Assembly: GCA_033578775.1 (NCBI GenBank)
Contig: JAVQWY010000014.1
Location: 1-64,000 of the forward strand
Length of the DNA: 64,000 nt
Direction of reading: 5' to 3'
Origin: Myxococcales bacterium
Lineage (GTDB): Bacteria > Myxococcota_A > Polyangia > Palsa-1104 > JAEUJZ01
Shown: in pieces, positions 28,889 to 37,669 of the stretch
Layout: every line of letters starts with the position of its first letter
Position numbering within the stretch: the first letter of the stretch is position 1
Translations under genes and position numbers: made by a program
The notes under the pieces: generated by a model
Database searches by the model: none
What the model was told of the DNA's origin: nothing
What the model saw: the letters and a program-made list of their open reading frames with translations, nothing else

Positions 28889-31870
28889 TTAGCCGAGGTT
28901 TTTGAGGAATCCCAGCCGGTGCGCCAGCAGGACATCACCGTCGACGCGCAGGCGACCACGCTGGAACAGGTCACGCGCAACCTGGGGGTCCCGCACAAGC
29001 TGCGCCAGGTCCGCATCGGCCAGGGTGAAGACCGCTGCAGCCTGCGGGTCTCGCCCGGGTCGGACGCCGACCGAACCAGGCCGCAGGTCCACGAGGTAGC
29101 TGGCCTCTGGGCTCTGGATGTGGAACTGCAACAACGCCCCGACCTCGGCGGCAAGCTGCGGGTTGCTGGCCAGCCGCTCGGAGAGCGCGCGAAAGATCGC
29201 CGGGGCGCACCCCTGGGCTGGCTGTCCCGCGGGCGGCGCCTGGACCGAGCCCTGCGCCGCTCCGCTTCCCTGCTCCGCCTGCAGCGCCCGGGCTGCGGCC
29301 TCGCGATCGATGTGCTTGAGGAAGTCCAGCTTCTGCGCGGCCAGCAGGTTGCCCGTGATCTTGAGCCGGCCGGAAAAGTACAGCTTCTGCGGGTCGGCCT
29401 GCCCGGTGGCCATGGCGATGAAGTCCGCCTCGCTCAGCGTGAGCGTCACATCGGGCGCCTCGGCCGTGCCCGGGGCGCAGCGGCCGGTTCCGTGCTTCAC
29501 ATCGAGTACCCAGGCGCTGTCTGGCTCGGTCAGCTTCCACTGGAACACGGTCTGGATGCGGGCCGGCAGCTCGGGGTGAGCCTGAAGGTAGTGGGCGATG
29601 GCCCGGAAGATCGCCTCGCTGCGCAGCCCGGATGCCGGGGGTGAGGCTGTCGCAGGCCCTGTGCCGCGCCGAGCCTGGATGACGCGCAGAGCTGCCTGGG
29701 GGTCGATCTTTTTGAGGAACTCCAGCTTCTGCGCAGCCAGCAGGTTGCCGGTGATTTTCAGCTTGCCGCCAAAGTAGAGCTTCTGCGGGTCGGCCTGTCC
29801 GGTGGTCATGGCGATGAAGTCCGCCTCGCTCAGCGTGAGCGTCACGTCCGGGGCGGCGGCCGCGCCCGGCGTGACCGAGCCGCTGCCGTTTTTCAGATCC
29901 AGGGTCCAGGTGCTGTCCGGATCCTTGATTTGCCACTGGAATACCGCCTGCACCTTGCTCACCAGATCGGGGTTGCGCTGCAAGTGATCGGCGATGACGG
30001 CGAAGACGTCAGCGCTCTGCAGCTCGGTGGGAGCAGACGGGGCCGGCCCTGGGGCCTCCTCCTTGGGCGGCTCGCGGTGCAGCTCCACCACGGCATTGCT
30101 CAGCACGACCCGGTCGCGCTCTTTGACCTTGCAGCGCAACAGGATGCGCCCTGGCTCCTCCTGCCACATCTCGGTAACGAGCGTCTCGCCCGGGAATACG
30201 CTGTCGGCAAACCGGACCCTGATGCTTCTGAGCAGACGCGGGTCGCCGCCGGCGAAGCTGCGCAGCACGTGCCGGGTGACAAAGCCAAAGGTGCACAGCC
30301 CGTGTAGGATGGGCCGCTCGAAGCCGAAGCCGCGGGCAAAGGCAGGGTCGGCGTGTAGCGGGTTCCAGTCGCCCGAGAGGCGGTAGAGCAGCGCCTGGTC
30401 GGGCCGCGTCTTCTCCTCGACGATGGCATCGGGCGGCCGGGAGGGCAGGGGAACCTCCACCGACGGACCTCGCTCTCCACCCCAGCCGCCGGCCCCGCGC
30501 ACAACGGTGGTCACTTCATTGTAGCAGAGCTCGCGGCCGCTCTCGTCGGTGGTGGTGATGGCCGTGACCACCAGGGCGTTTTTGCCCTTGTCGAAGATGT
30601 CCTTGATCTTCATGCGGTGCACGAGCTTTGCCTGCGTCGGCAGCGGTCGCCGGATCTCGGTGTACTGTTCACCGTGGAGCACGCGGTCTAGCCCATAGTG
30701 CAGGCCGGGCGCCTGCTTGCCCTGCTGCGCGGCGCGCACCAGAGCACCCACGGCCTGCGCAGCCATGAAGCTGGGCAGGGGATAGAAGCCGCTGGCGTTT
30801 AGCTCATACACCAGACGCAGGTCCTTCTCGTCGAGCGGATCGGCACCGGCACCGACCCCAAGAGCGTACAGCGCCAGGTCGCGTTCGGTGTAGCTGGACT
30901 CCAGCGGGGGGAACTCGTAGCCGAGCGCCTCGTCGACGTCAATGAACTCGTTGCCCACCTTGCCGCGGGCAGAGGCGAGGTTGTCGAGCACCGGCTGCAT
31001 CGAGGCCGTGATGTCCGACGGGTGGGTGGTGCGATCAAAGCTGGTGATGACGGCGAAGCGATCGCGCACCCCCTCGGGCGTAATGGGACGGGACAGCTTG
31101 AAGGTGTAGCCTGCCGTGCGCTCCCAGCGCAGCTTGCTGAAGAAGCCACCGCCGACTTCGAACAGACCGCCCGTTTCGGTGCACGACTCGTGGCACAGCC
31201 AGACCACCAGGGGCGAGACATACTCTGGCTTCAGGGCCTCGACGAGGTCTTTGGGTAGGACCGTTTCGGTCAGGCGCGAACCGGCAATGGGCGCGATGGT
31301 ATTGACCAGGATGCCACGCTTGCGGCCCTCTATGGCCAGGGTATTGGCCAGGCCGACGAGGCCCATCTTGGCGGCGCTGTAGTTGGCCTGGCCGAAGTTA
31401 CCATACAGGCCCGCTGCCGAGGTGGTAAAGAGGATGCGACCATAGCCTGCCTCGCGCATCGGGTTCCAGGCAGCGGCCGTGACGCGGTAGGAGCCGAGCA
31501 GGTGCACGCGGTAGATGAGATCCCAGTCCTGCTCGGTCATCTTCTGGAAAGAGGTGTCGCGCAGGATGCCGGCATTGTTGATGACGATGTCGATGCGGCC
31601 AAAGTGGTCCAGCGCGCACTGGACAATCTTGGCCCCATCCTCGACGGAGTCATAGTTGGGCACGGCCTCACCACCCAAGGCCTTGATCTCGGCGACGACG
31701 CGGTCGGCGGCTGCAGTGGACTGGCCCTCGCCATGGCGAGAGCCACCCAAGTCGTTGACCACCACGCGGGCGCCGCGGGCACCCAGCAGCAGCGCGTGGG
31801 CGCGGCCTAGGCCGCCGCCCGCCCCGGTGACGATGGCGACGCGTCCGTCGAAACGAAGTTCGTTGGCCAT
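28889..31870 (-). CDS. multifunctional enzyme type 2-like protein: SDR 3-hydroxyacyl-CoA dehydrogenase + MaoC hydratase-2 + three tandem SCP2 domains
   Basis: The N-terminus 'MANELRFDGRVAIVTGAGGGLGRAHALLLGARGARVVVNDLGG...YDSVEDGAKIV...NNAGILRD...YGNFGQANYSAAK...LAIEGRK' is near-colinear with eukaryotic HSD17B4. The MaoC hot-dog segment is 'LYRLSGDWNPLHADPAFA'. Three SCP2-like segments each carry 'TLTLSEADFIAM.TGQADPQKLYF.GKLKITGNLLAAQKL.FL'. AAGGAAGG RBS at 31880. Confidence 0.85.
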   Translation of the reverse strand: MANELRFDGRVAIVTGAGGGLGRAHALLLGARGARVVVNDLGGSRHGEGQSTAAADRVVAEIKALGGEAVPNYDSVEDGAKIVQCALDHFGRIDIVINNAGILRDTSFQKMTEQDWDLIYRVHLLGSYRVTAAAWNPMREAGYGRILFTTSAAGLYGNFGQANYSAAKMGLVGLANTLAIEGRKRGILVNTIAPIAGSRLTETVLPKDLVEALKPEYVSPLVVWLCHESCTETGGLFEVGGGFFSKLRWERTAGYTFKLSRPITPEGVRDRFAVITSFDRTTHPSDITASMQPVLDNLASARGKVGNEFIDVDEALGYEFPPLESSYTERDLALYALGVGAGADPLDEKDLRLVYELNASGFYPLPSFMAAQAVGALVRAAQQGKQAPGLHYGLDRVLHGEQYTEIRRPLPTQAKLVHRMKIKDIFDKGKNALVVTAITTTDESGRELCYNEVTTVVRGAGGWGGERGPSVEVPLPSRPPDAIVEEKTRPDQALLYRLSGDWNPLHADPAFARGFGFERPILHGLCTFGFVTRHVLRSFAGGDPRLLRSIRVRFADSVFPGETLVTEMWQEEPGRILLRCKVKERDRVVLSNAVVELHREPPKEEAPGPAPSAPTELQSADVFAVIADHLQRNPDLVSKVQAVFQWQIKDPDSTWTLDLKNGSGSVTPGAAAAPDVTLTLSEADFIAMTTGQADPQKLYFGGKLKITGNLLAAQKLEFLKKIDPQAALRVIQARRGTGPATASPPASGLRSEAIFRAIAHYLQAHPELPARIQTVFQWKLTEPDSAWVLDVKHGTGRCAPGTAEAPDVTLTLSEADFIAMATGQADPQKLYFSGRLKITGNLLAAQKLDFLKHIDREAAARALQAEQGSGAAQGSVQAPPAGQPAQGCAPAIFRALSERLASNPQLAAEVGALLQFHIQSPEASYLVDLRPGSVGVRPGRDPQAAAVFTLADADLAQLVRDPQVARDLFQRGRLRVDGDVLLAHRLGFLKNLG

Positions 31871-32041
31871 GGAAATCCTTCCTTGTTCCTTGAGGAGTCT
31901 GGCTGGATGAGGCCGTGCGGCGCACCAGCCCGCACGAGGGGCCGAGTATGAGGGCAGGCCCCATGGGCCGTCAAGGGCAGGGGATGCGATTCGGTGGGCG
32001 GCTGCTACTATTAGAAGGTCCGCCACTTCGCTGGAGGATCC

Positions 32042-32623
32042 ATGACGCTCCGAGTTCGCTTCGTCCTAGCTTGCACCCTGCTGGCGCAGGTGCTGCTCAA
32101 AAGCCCGTCGCTGGAGGCATCGGTGCTCCTGCCACTGAGCACGGCCCAGTTGGTCGCCCGAGCCGAGCGGATTGTGGTGGGCACGGTGGTGGGCCAGGAG
32201 AGTCACTGGGTGGATGGCGGGTCGGCCATTGTCACAGATGTGCGCATCCGCGTCACCCGCGCAGTCCTGGGGGCGCAAGAAGGGGAGATCATCACCGTGC
32301 GGCGTCTGGGTGGCACAGTGGGTGAGATCGGCATGCGCGTCTTTGGCGAGGCCAGCTTCCGGGACGGCGAGGAGGTGCTGCTGTTTGCCGAGCGCCGCGG
32401 CGGCGCCTACTACAGCGTGGGCATGACGCAGGGGACGCTGCACATCACGCAGCAGGGGGGACGGCGCATGGCCCAGATGGCCTTGGGCGGCGCCGAGATC
32501 GTGGGGCGGAGTGGGGTGGCGCCGGTTGTCCGTCCGCTGGAGGAGGTCCTCGATGAGGTGCGCCGTGCCCTGGCAGCGCGCCGTCCGGAGCCGGCGCAGG
32601 GCCGGTCGGAGCAGACGCGATGA
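32042..32623 (+). CDS. secreted hypothetical protein
   Basis: Signal peptide 'MTLRVRFVLACTLLAQVLL'. Its stop overlaps the start of the downstream protease (ATGA). Confidence 0.5.
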   Translation: MTLRVRFVLACTLLAQVLLKSPSLEASVLLPLSTAQLVARAERIVVGTVVGQESHWVDGGSAIVTDVRIRVTRAVLGAQEGEIITVRRLGGTVGEIGMRVFGEASFRDGEEVLLFAERRGGAYYSVGMTQGTLHITQQGGRRMAQMALGGAEIVGRSGVAPVVRPLEEVLDEVRRALAARRPEPAQGRSEQTR

Positions 32624-33594
32624 GGCCGCTGCAGAGCTTCTCTGGGCTGCTGGCCCTGGTGGGCCTGATTGCGCATGGGGGAGCGGCACAGGCCTGGGTG
32701 CGCTCGCGGACCAACGGCTGCCACCCGGTCTACTGGTCGCAGAGCTGCATCTACCTCCAGCCCGACGGCGAGCTGACCAAGGACCTGCCCGCCGACCAGG
32801 TGCAGCGCATCATCCAGAGATCCATAGCCCAGTGGCAGGACCGCATCGGCGGCAGCTTTCTCCGCCTCATCTACGTCCCGCCGGACGGGCCGCGTGAGGC
32901 GCGATTTGACCGCCAGCCGACCATCAAGTTCCGCACCGGACGCTGGTGCCGCCCTGGCGACTGCCAAGGCGACCGAGAAAGCTGCTATGACGCCAGCGCC
33001 GCAGCGATCACGACCGTGTTCTTCGTCAACAAGCCCGACAATGAGCAGGAGGATGGCCTCATCCTCGATGCGGACATCGAGCTGAACAGCGTCCACAACC
33101 AGTTCTATGATGCCGACCAGCTTCCTCCCCGGGGGGACGGGCGCACCCTGACCGATCTAGAAAACACGCTGGTGCATGAGCTGGGGCATCTGATGGGCTT
33201 GGAGCACACCTGCCGGTCGGCGGGAGACGGCATGCCGGACTGCACGGTCGACCACCTAGGCCAGCGACCGCCGTTGTGCAGCACGGTGCTAGCCGGCATG
33301 GATCGGGACCCGCGCCTGCGCGAGATTGCCGAGACCACGATGTTTGCCACGGCCCAGCCGCGTGAGACCAAGAAGCGCACCCCCGAGGCCGACGACGTCG
33401 CGGCCATTGTGGCCATCTACCCGGCAGCGCGCGATCCGCGCTCCTGCGAACGGCCCCGTCCAAGAGATCAATGTGGCGGCGGTGGCTGCGCGCTGGCACC
33501 GCATGGGCGCACGGCGGCCGCGGCTCCCCTGCTGCTGCTCGGGGCGATCCTGCTGTGCATGCGTCAGCGGCGCCAGAGCGGCCGCACATGCTAG
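32620..33594 (+). CDS. matrixin-like zinc metalloprotease with MYXO-CTERM tail
   Basis: Metzincin motif 'HELGHLMGLEHT' (HExxHxxGxxH). Signal peptide present. The C-terminus 'CGGGGCALAP...LLLLGAILLCMRQRRQ' matches the MYXO-CTERM pattern. Confidence 0.7.
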   Translation: MRPLQSFSGLLALVGLIAHGGAAQAWVRSRTNGCHPVYWSQSCIYLQPDGELTKDLPADQVQRIIQRSIAQWQDRIGGSFLRLIYVPPDGPREARFDRQPTIKFRTGRWCRPGDCQGDRESCYDASAAAITTVFFVNKPDNEQEDGLILDADIELNSVHNQFYDADQLPPRGDGRTLTDLENTLVHELGHLMGLEHTCRSAGDGMPDCTVDHLGQRPPLCSTVLAGMDRDPRLREIAETTMFATAQPRETKKRTPEADDVAAIVAIYPAARDPRSCERPRPRDQCGGGGCALAPHGRTAAAAPLLLLGAILLCMRQRRQSGRTC

Positions 33595-33614
33595 AAGCAG
33601 CTCAGGAGAAGTCC

Positions 33615-34820
33615 ATGCCCTTCCTGTCCCGTAGGGCCCAACTCGCCCCGGCGAGCCCCATCCGCAAGCTTGAGCCTCTGGCACGCCAGGCAGCGGAGCG
33701 AGGATTGCATATTTATCACCTCAATATTGGCCAGCCCGATGTGCCCACACCAGCGGCCTTCCTGCGCGCGGCGACGCTGCCAGAGGGACAGGTGCTAGCC
33801 TACAGTCCCTCGGTGGGGCTGTATGGCTTTCGGCGCGCTCTGGCTGCGCATTACAGTGGTTCCCTGGGCCTGCCGGTGACCGAGGAGGATGTGCTGGTGA
33901 CCACCGGAGGCTCCGAGGCGCTGCTGTTTGCCATCCTGTCCATCTGTGACCCCGGAGATGAGATCATCACGCCGGAGCCCTTTTATCCAAACTACCGCAT
34001 GTTCGCCGTGATGGCTGGGGCCGAAGTGCGGCCGCTGCGCACCCGCATCGAGGAGGGCTTTCGGCTGCCGCCGCCGGCCGTGTTTGCGGAGGCGGTGACG
34101 CCACGGACCCGGGCGGTGCTGCTGTGCAACCCCAGCAACCCCACCGGCGCGGTGTATGACCCCGAGGCGCTGCGCGCGGTGGTCGATCTGTGCCGCCAGC
34201 GGGGCCTATACCTCATCGCGGATGAGGTCTACCGCGAGTTCATTTATGGGGGCCTGCGTCCGCAGAGCATTCTGGCCATTCCCGGCGCTACAGACGTTGC
34301 CATCGTGGTCGATTCGCTGTCAAAGCGCTTTTCCGCTTGCGGCGCGCGGGTAGGTTGCCTGGTGAGCCGGCTGCGGCCAGTCCTGGAGGCGGCCACCCGA
34401 TTCGCCATGAGCCGCCTGTCTCCCCCCACGCTGGGCCAGCTGGGCGGCATGGCCGTGCTCCAGGAGGCAGAAGCCTTCATCGAGCCGATGATTGCCGACT
34501 TCGAGCGGCGGCGGAATGTCCTCCTGGAGGAGCTGCGGCGGCTGCCCGGAGTGCTTTGCCCGGAGCCTCAAGGCGCCTTCTACCTGATGGCCCGGCTGCC
34601 GGTGGACTCCAGCGAGCGCTTCTGCCAGTGGCTGCTGACGGACTTCTCTCTGGATGGCGAGACGGTCATGCTTGCGCCGGGCCCGGGCTTCTACGCCACG
34701 GCAGGAGCCGGACACGACGAGGTGCGCATCGCGTACGTGCTGGCCGAGGCCCCGCTACGGCGCGCGATGCATTTGCTGGGCCATGCCCTGGGCACCTACC
34801 CCGGCGGGACACGGGGTTAG
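33615..34820 (+). CDS. PLP-dependent aminotransferase (class I/II, aspartate-aminotransferase-like)
   Basis: 'NPSNPTG', and 'SLSKRFSACGARVG' (PLP-Lys in SxSK). AGGAGA RBS 5 nt upstream. Confidence 0.8.
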   Translation: MPFLSRRAQLAPASPIRKLEPLARQAAERGLHIYHLNIGQPDVPTPAAFLRAATLPEGQVLAYSPSVGLYGFRRALAAHYSGSLGLPVTEEDVLVTTGGSEALLFAILSICDPGDEIITPEPFYPNYRMFAVMAGAEVRPLRTRIEEGFRLPPPAVFAEAVTPRTRAVLLCNPSNPTGAVYDPEALRAVVDLCRQRGLYLIADEVYREFIYGGLRPQSILAIPGATDVAIVVDSLSKRFSACGARVGCLVSRLRPVLEAATRFAMSRLSPPTLGQLGGMAVLQEAEAFIEPMIADFERRRNVLLEELRRLPGVLCPEPQGAFYLMARLPVDSSERFCQWLLTDFSLDGETVMLAPGPGFYATAGAGHDEVRIAYVLAEAPLRRAMHLLGHALGTYPGGTRG

Positions 34821-34984
34821 ACAGACCTTGTAGGGACAGGTGTCCTCGGCAAGGGGGTCGGCTCTTCCCGCCTCCGCAGGGAGGCGAGCATGCCGCAGCC
34901 CACATTAGCCTACATTCGGAAATGAGGGGGGAGCGGCCCGATGGGGGAGCTGGGGGTGCCCTGGGGGGGTGTGGGGCGTAGGGA

Positions 34985-36775
34985 CTAGATGAGGACGGGG
35001 ACCTGGACGGCGGGGAAGGGCTTGCCGGGGTAGAAGTCGCTGATGCGGCGCACATCGCCGCGGCTGACGGCATACAGGATGGCCGCCATGGCGGTCTCGC
35101 CCCGCTCCATCATGGTCACGCGGCTGCCGTTGATGTTGCCGGTGCGGCCGGAGGTGTCAAACATCACCAGGTCGCCGGTCTCCAGGTCCCAGACGCCGCC
35201 CTCGCCCGGGCCGCGGGCCAGGTGGTCGTTGGAGGTGACCCCCTCGCCGGCAAAGCGCGCCCGGTCGCCGCCGAAAAACCCGCTGCGCAGCAGGCCGTTG
35301 GACATGATCCAGGTGCGGTTCTGCCCGCCGTAGGTCGGGTCGTTCCAGTTGATGTAGTTGATGCCGGTGCGCGGCGTGTCGCCGATAAAGGCGATGACCG
35401 TGTTGTCGCCCAGCTTCAGGCCTGGGCAGAAGGGGTCCTGGACCGCCATCAGGTCGTCCATGAAGGCCTCCAGGACGTTGTAGAAGTACCGCGCCACGGT
35501 GGCGGCGTTGTCCCCGGTGCCCGACTGGCCGTTGGCGCTAAAGATGTTGTGCGGGTCGTCGTTAAAGTAGCTGATGACCACCTGCGAGGTCAGGCCCAGG
35601 GCCAGCGCCTTGGCGGTCACGATGAGGCTGTCGCGCAGGGCGGCCATTTTGGCGGGCGTGTTGCCGGTAAAGCCGTAGCGCAGCCGGTCCGCGTCGTTGG
35701 GCAGCAGCTTTTCCGACAGGTTCAGCCCCACCAGGTTGGCCGCCAGCTTGGCCGTGCGGTAGCCGCGGCTGAAGCTGGGCAGGGTGGCGGTCTTGCTGGT
35801 GCCGATGAAGCCCTTGGTGTAGGCCTCAAACAGCACGGCGTTTTTGGGGTTGGACAGCGCCCCGCCGGCCTTGGCCGCGTTGCTGTTGAACAGGTCCACC
35901 ATGCCGGCTGCGTTGGCCACAAAGGCGGGCAGCGGCGCCCCAGGCACGTTGTTGCCGTAGTAGGCCAGGTTGGACCCCTCGTTGGAGGCCATGCTGCCCA
36001 CAAAGATCACCGGCACGATGGTGGGCCGGGTCAGCTGGATGGCCGCCGCGGCAGCCATGACGCTCCACTTTTTGCGCGCCGGCAGGATCGACTCCGCGTC
36101 GCCGTTGATGTAGTGGTTGTGCGAGCCGGTGACGTGGAAGGGGTTGATGCCGCCGCCGTCGATGGCGGTGATCCACTTTTTGGGGCCGTACTTGAGCCAG
36201 GGCGTCTCGCGCGTGACCACCAGGAAGTTCTGCCCCTTGTCGATGCCGACGTTGCTGGGGATGGTCTCCCGGCCGTGCGCCTGCACGTCCAGGGCGCGCG
36301 AGGTGGCATCGAAGCTGCGGTAGCCGCGGAAGGCCATGTTGTCCACGCCGCGCAGCAGCTTGTACCGCTCGCCCGCCGCCCAGGGGCCTAGGCCCGTGCT
36401 GGGTGCGGCCGGCGGCGACACGTAGTTGCTGTACTGGGCATCGCGCAGCGCGCCGCCAAAGCTGTTGGCCACCGCCCCCCGGTTGGCCATGGTCTGCATA
36501 AAGTGCAGCGCCAGCGAGTCACTGAACCGCCCGGGGTAGAAGCTGTCCGGCTGGGGCCACAGAAAGTGCGGGTAGCCGTGCGCCCCGGAGCTGCCCACCA
36601 GCAGCACCAGGTTCTGCGCCCCCTTGGTCGTGCAGTCGGCCAGCGCGTTGCTGCCCGCCCCGCGCGCAATGAAGTCCCAAATCCGGGCCGGGCCCCAGCC
36701 CAGCGCCGCGCCCAGGGCAAAGGCGCCCCGAATGAATTCCCGGCGGGACGCGCCCCGAAGTTCCTTGTTCGCCAT
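34985..36775 (-). CDS. Tat-exported DUF1501-like protein (sulfatase/phosphatase-like superfamily)
   Basis: Twin-arginine motif 'SRREFIRGAFALGAALG'. Large Gly/Asn-rich periplasmic domain. AAGGAG RBS. The family assignment comes from the overall pattern, not a confirmed motif. Confidence 0.55.
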   Translation of the reverse strand: MANKELRGASRREFIRGAFALGAALGWGPARIWDFIARGAGSNALADCTTKGAQNLVLLVGSSGAHGYPHFLWPQPDSFYPGRFSDSLALHFMQTMANRGAVANSFGGALRDAQYSNYVSPPAAPSTGLGPWAAGERYKLLRGVDNMAFRGYRSFDATSRALDVQAHGRETIPSNVGIDKGQNFLVVTRETPWLKYGPKKWITAIDGGGINPFHVTGSHNHYINGDAESILPARKKWSVMAAAAAIQLTRPTIVPVIFVGSMASNEGSNLAYYGNNVPGAPLPAFVANAAGMVDLFNSNAAKAGGALSNPKNAVLFEAYTKGFIGTSKTATLPSFSRGYRTAKLAANLVGLNLSEKLLPNDADRLRYGFTGNTPAKMAALRDSLIVTAKALALGLTSQVVISYFNDDPHNIFSANGQSGTGDNAATVARYFYNVLEAFMDDLMAVQDPFCPGLKLGDNTVIAFIGDTPRTGINYINWNDPTYGGQNRTWIMSNGLLRSGFFGGDRARFAGEGVTSNDHLARGPGEGGVWDLETGDLVMFDTSGRTGNINGSRVTMMERGETAMAAILYAVSRGDVRRISDFYPGKPFPAVQVPVLI

Positions 36776-36813
36776 GGTCTGACTCCTTGATGCCTGTTCC
36801 TTCGGTGTGCGTC

Positions 36814-37650
36814 TTACTCGCAGATGTGTACACCCATCAGAATCGCCGCCACCGCCAGCTGCTTGCCCGTGGTGACCGCATCGACCTGCTGCCGCCCACC
36901 CCGCGCTGGCGTGATGTCAGCCTGCAACACCAGGCGGTTGCACAGCGCCAGCTGGTCCGCCGTCGCCGGGTAGCCCTGCAGGCAGGTCACCCCTGCCTCG
37001 TTGCACGTGTTGTCCGGGTTGAACAGCCGCGCCGGCGCGCCCCCTTCCATGCATGCCGTCCCCCGCAGCGTCCCCAGCGGGTTGGCCGCATTGACCAGCT
37101 CCTGCGCCGCCGTGACAAACAGGTCCGCCTGCTTCGTCGCGCTCGCCGTGGTCGGCGACGTCGCCTCGCTCAGCCGCCCCGCATACTGCGGGTAGCCCAG
37201 GGTCAGCCGGCTGTCACAGTAAACATAGCGCGCCGTCTGCGACAGCGTCTCCACCGGCTGCGTCACCCCAAAGGGCGGCGCCGTGCAGTCGGTCGCCAGC
37301 GTCACCGGCAGCGTCCCCATGTTCACCCCCCGGCTCTGCAGCAGCCGACCCAGCGTCTCGTACTTCATCTTCATGCAGCTGTGCCGCCGCGCCGCAATGT
37401 CCAGCGCCCCCTCCTCCATCGCCCGCGCCGCAATCGCCGCCGGGTCCCCCTGGTCCCGGTAGATGCTCACCTGGTCCTGCGGCAGCTCCGGCCGCACCGC
37501 CACCGGCTCCTGGCTCGTCGGCGGGACCCGCTCCGGACCCGTCTGCTCCTCCGCCGGGTCCCGCGCCGGGCTCGGCGCTCCAGGCTCATAGGTGGGCAGA
37601 CACCCGCTCAGGACCAGCACACCAACTACTCGGAGAATGTCGTTGCGCAT
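36814..37650 (-). CDS. hypothetical lipoprotein (Cys-rich)
   Basis: Lipobox 'VLVLSGC'. Several conserved Cys pairs. Lies between the DUF1501-like gene and the CxxCH lipoproteins. Confidence 0.45.
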   Translation of the reverse strand: MRNDILRVVGVLVLSGCLPTYEPGAPSPARDPAEEQTGPERVPPTSQEPVAVRPELPQDQVSIYRDQGDPAAIAARAMEEGALDIAARRHSCMKMKYETLGRLLQSRGVNMGTLPVTLATDCTAPPFGVTQPVETLSQTARYVYCDSRLTLGYPQYAGRLSEATSPTTASATKQADLFVTAAQELVNAANPLGTLRGTACMEGGAPARLFNPDNTCNEAGVTCLQGYPATADQLALCNRLVLQADITPARGGRQQVDAVTTGKQLAVAAILMGVHICE

Positions 37651-37669
37651 CTTGCTTCTCCTGACCCAT

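Noticed and set aside
28971-29936. 321-aa minus-strand ORF inside the MFE-2 gene
   Set aside because: It is a different frame from the clearly homologous MFE-2 product and has Arg/Gly/Pro low-complexity composition.
35222-36391. 389-aa plus-strand ORF antisense to the DUF1501-like gene
   Set aside because: It has no start context. Its composition (Ala/Gly/Val/Asp/His repeats) is typical of the antisense strand of a GC-rich gene. The sense-strand product has a Tat signal and an RBS.
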